Both the position numbers and the translations under genes were made by a program. From assembly GCF_000315625.1 (NCBI RefSeq), contig NW_005434661.1, positions 72,956-136,955 on the forward strand: DNA of 64,000 nt, given 5' to 3'. Shown in pieces: positions 63,621 to 64,000 of the stretch. How positions within the stretch are numbered: the first letter of the stretch is position 1; each line of letters starts with the position of its first letter. This DNA comes from Guillardia theta CCMP2712 (lineage: Eukaryota; Protista; Cryptophyta). The notes under the pieces were generated by a model. It did no database searches and had not been told where the DNA came from. It worked only from the letters and a program-made list of their open reading frames with translations.

Positions 63621-64000
63621 ATGAGCCGCGCGATGGCGTGCGAGGGCGAGGAAGCCATGGAGCTGACGTGCGTCAGCGTGGCAAGTGAGCGAGAGGCTGA
63701 AGCCCGAGGGAGTCACAACAAACCTCTGGAGTTCTGCTACTTCTACACGCACTCGAAGGGCGACTTCCTCCAAAGCTGCATCCGGGAGAGGATAGTCTAC
63801 AAGTACAAGCCCAGCGCCATCTTCTTCTCGCCTGAGCCTCTGTCTGCCGTGCTGGCCTGGCCTCGAGCACAGTTAGCCCTGGCGCTGTTGAGTGCAACAT
63901 GGTTGGTCTTCATCACTCTGAAGCTGCAGTCAATCCAATCTGCAGGGTATTTCTCGCTGGTGAACGAGGAAGCGAGGGTGCGAGAGTTCTCGACGGCAGC
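63621..64000 (+). CDS. Second copy of the membrane RelA/SpoT-like gene (truncated by window end)
   Basis: MSRAMACEGEEAMELTCVSVASEREAEARGSHNKPLEFCYFY... is in frame and about 98% identical to 58901-59280. Confidence 0.8.
   Translation, partial: MSRAMACEGEEAMELTCVSVASEREAEARGSHNKPLEFCYFYTHSKGDFLQSCIRERIVYKYKPSAIFFSPEPLSAVLAWPRAQLALALLSATWLVFITLKLQSIQSAGYFSLVNEEARVREFSTA

Overview
This is intron-rich, gene-dense eukaryotic nuclear DNA from a flagellated alga with a red-derived complex plastid. It is most likely a cryptophyte such as Guillardia theta, inferred from signal-peptide+Phe presequences, an LRLRGG presequence, short GT-AG introns and microsatellite-rich introns. Recognisable genes, all identified by eye from motifs: ZMYND12, LZIC, an SLC25A44-like carrier, an EFCAB5-like protein, DNAAF6/PIH1D3, an OTU deubiquitinase, TRMT13, a double-DUF179 plastid protein, rpiA, a NO66/MINA-type JmjC oxygenase, TMEM208/SND2 and a plastid NAD(P)-binding protein. 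The most interesting features are: (1) a tandemly duplicated gene for a multi-pass membrane protein fused to a RelA/SpoT-type synthetase domain, a candidate receptor-like nucleotide-messenger synthase, with a frameshift in copy 1; (2) two separate three-gene clusters of unrecognised small intronless proteins with TGAC-rich promoters; (3) a USP8/AMSH-type MIT domain fused to an OTU domain; (4) a presequence + beta-helix + degenerate M20 peptidase fusion; (5) a divergent CG-1 (CAMTA)-like protein behind a phased A-tract array; and (6) a dispersed 29-bp AT-rich element plus palindrome-rich, indel-riddled promoter islands. Gene spans include introns and exon limits are manual estimates. No rRNA, tRNA or CRISPR array was seen.
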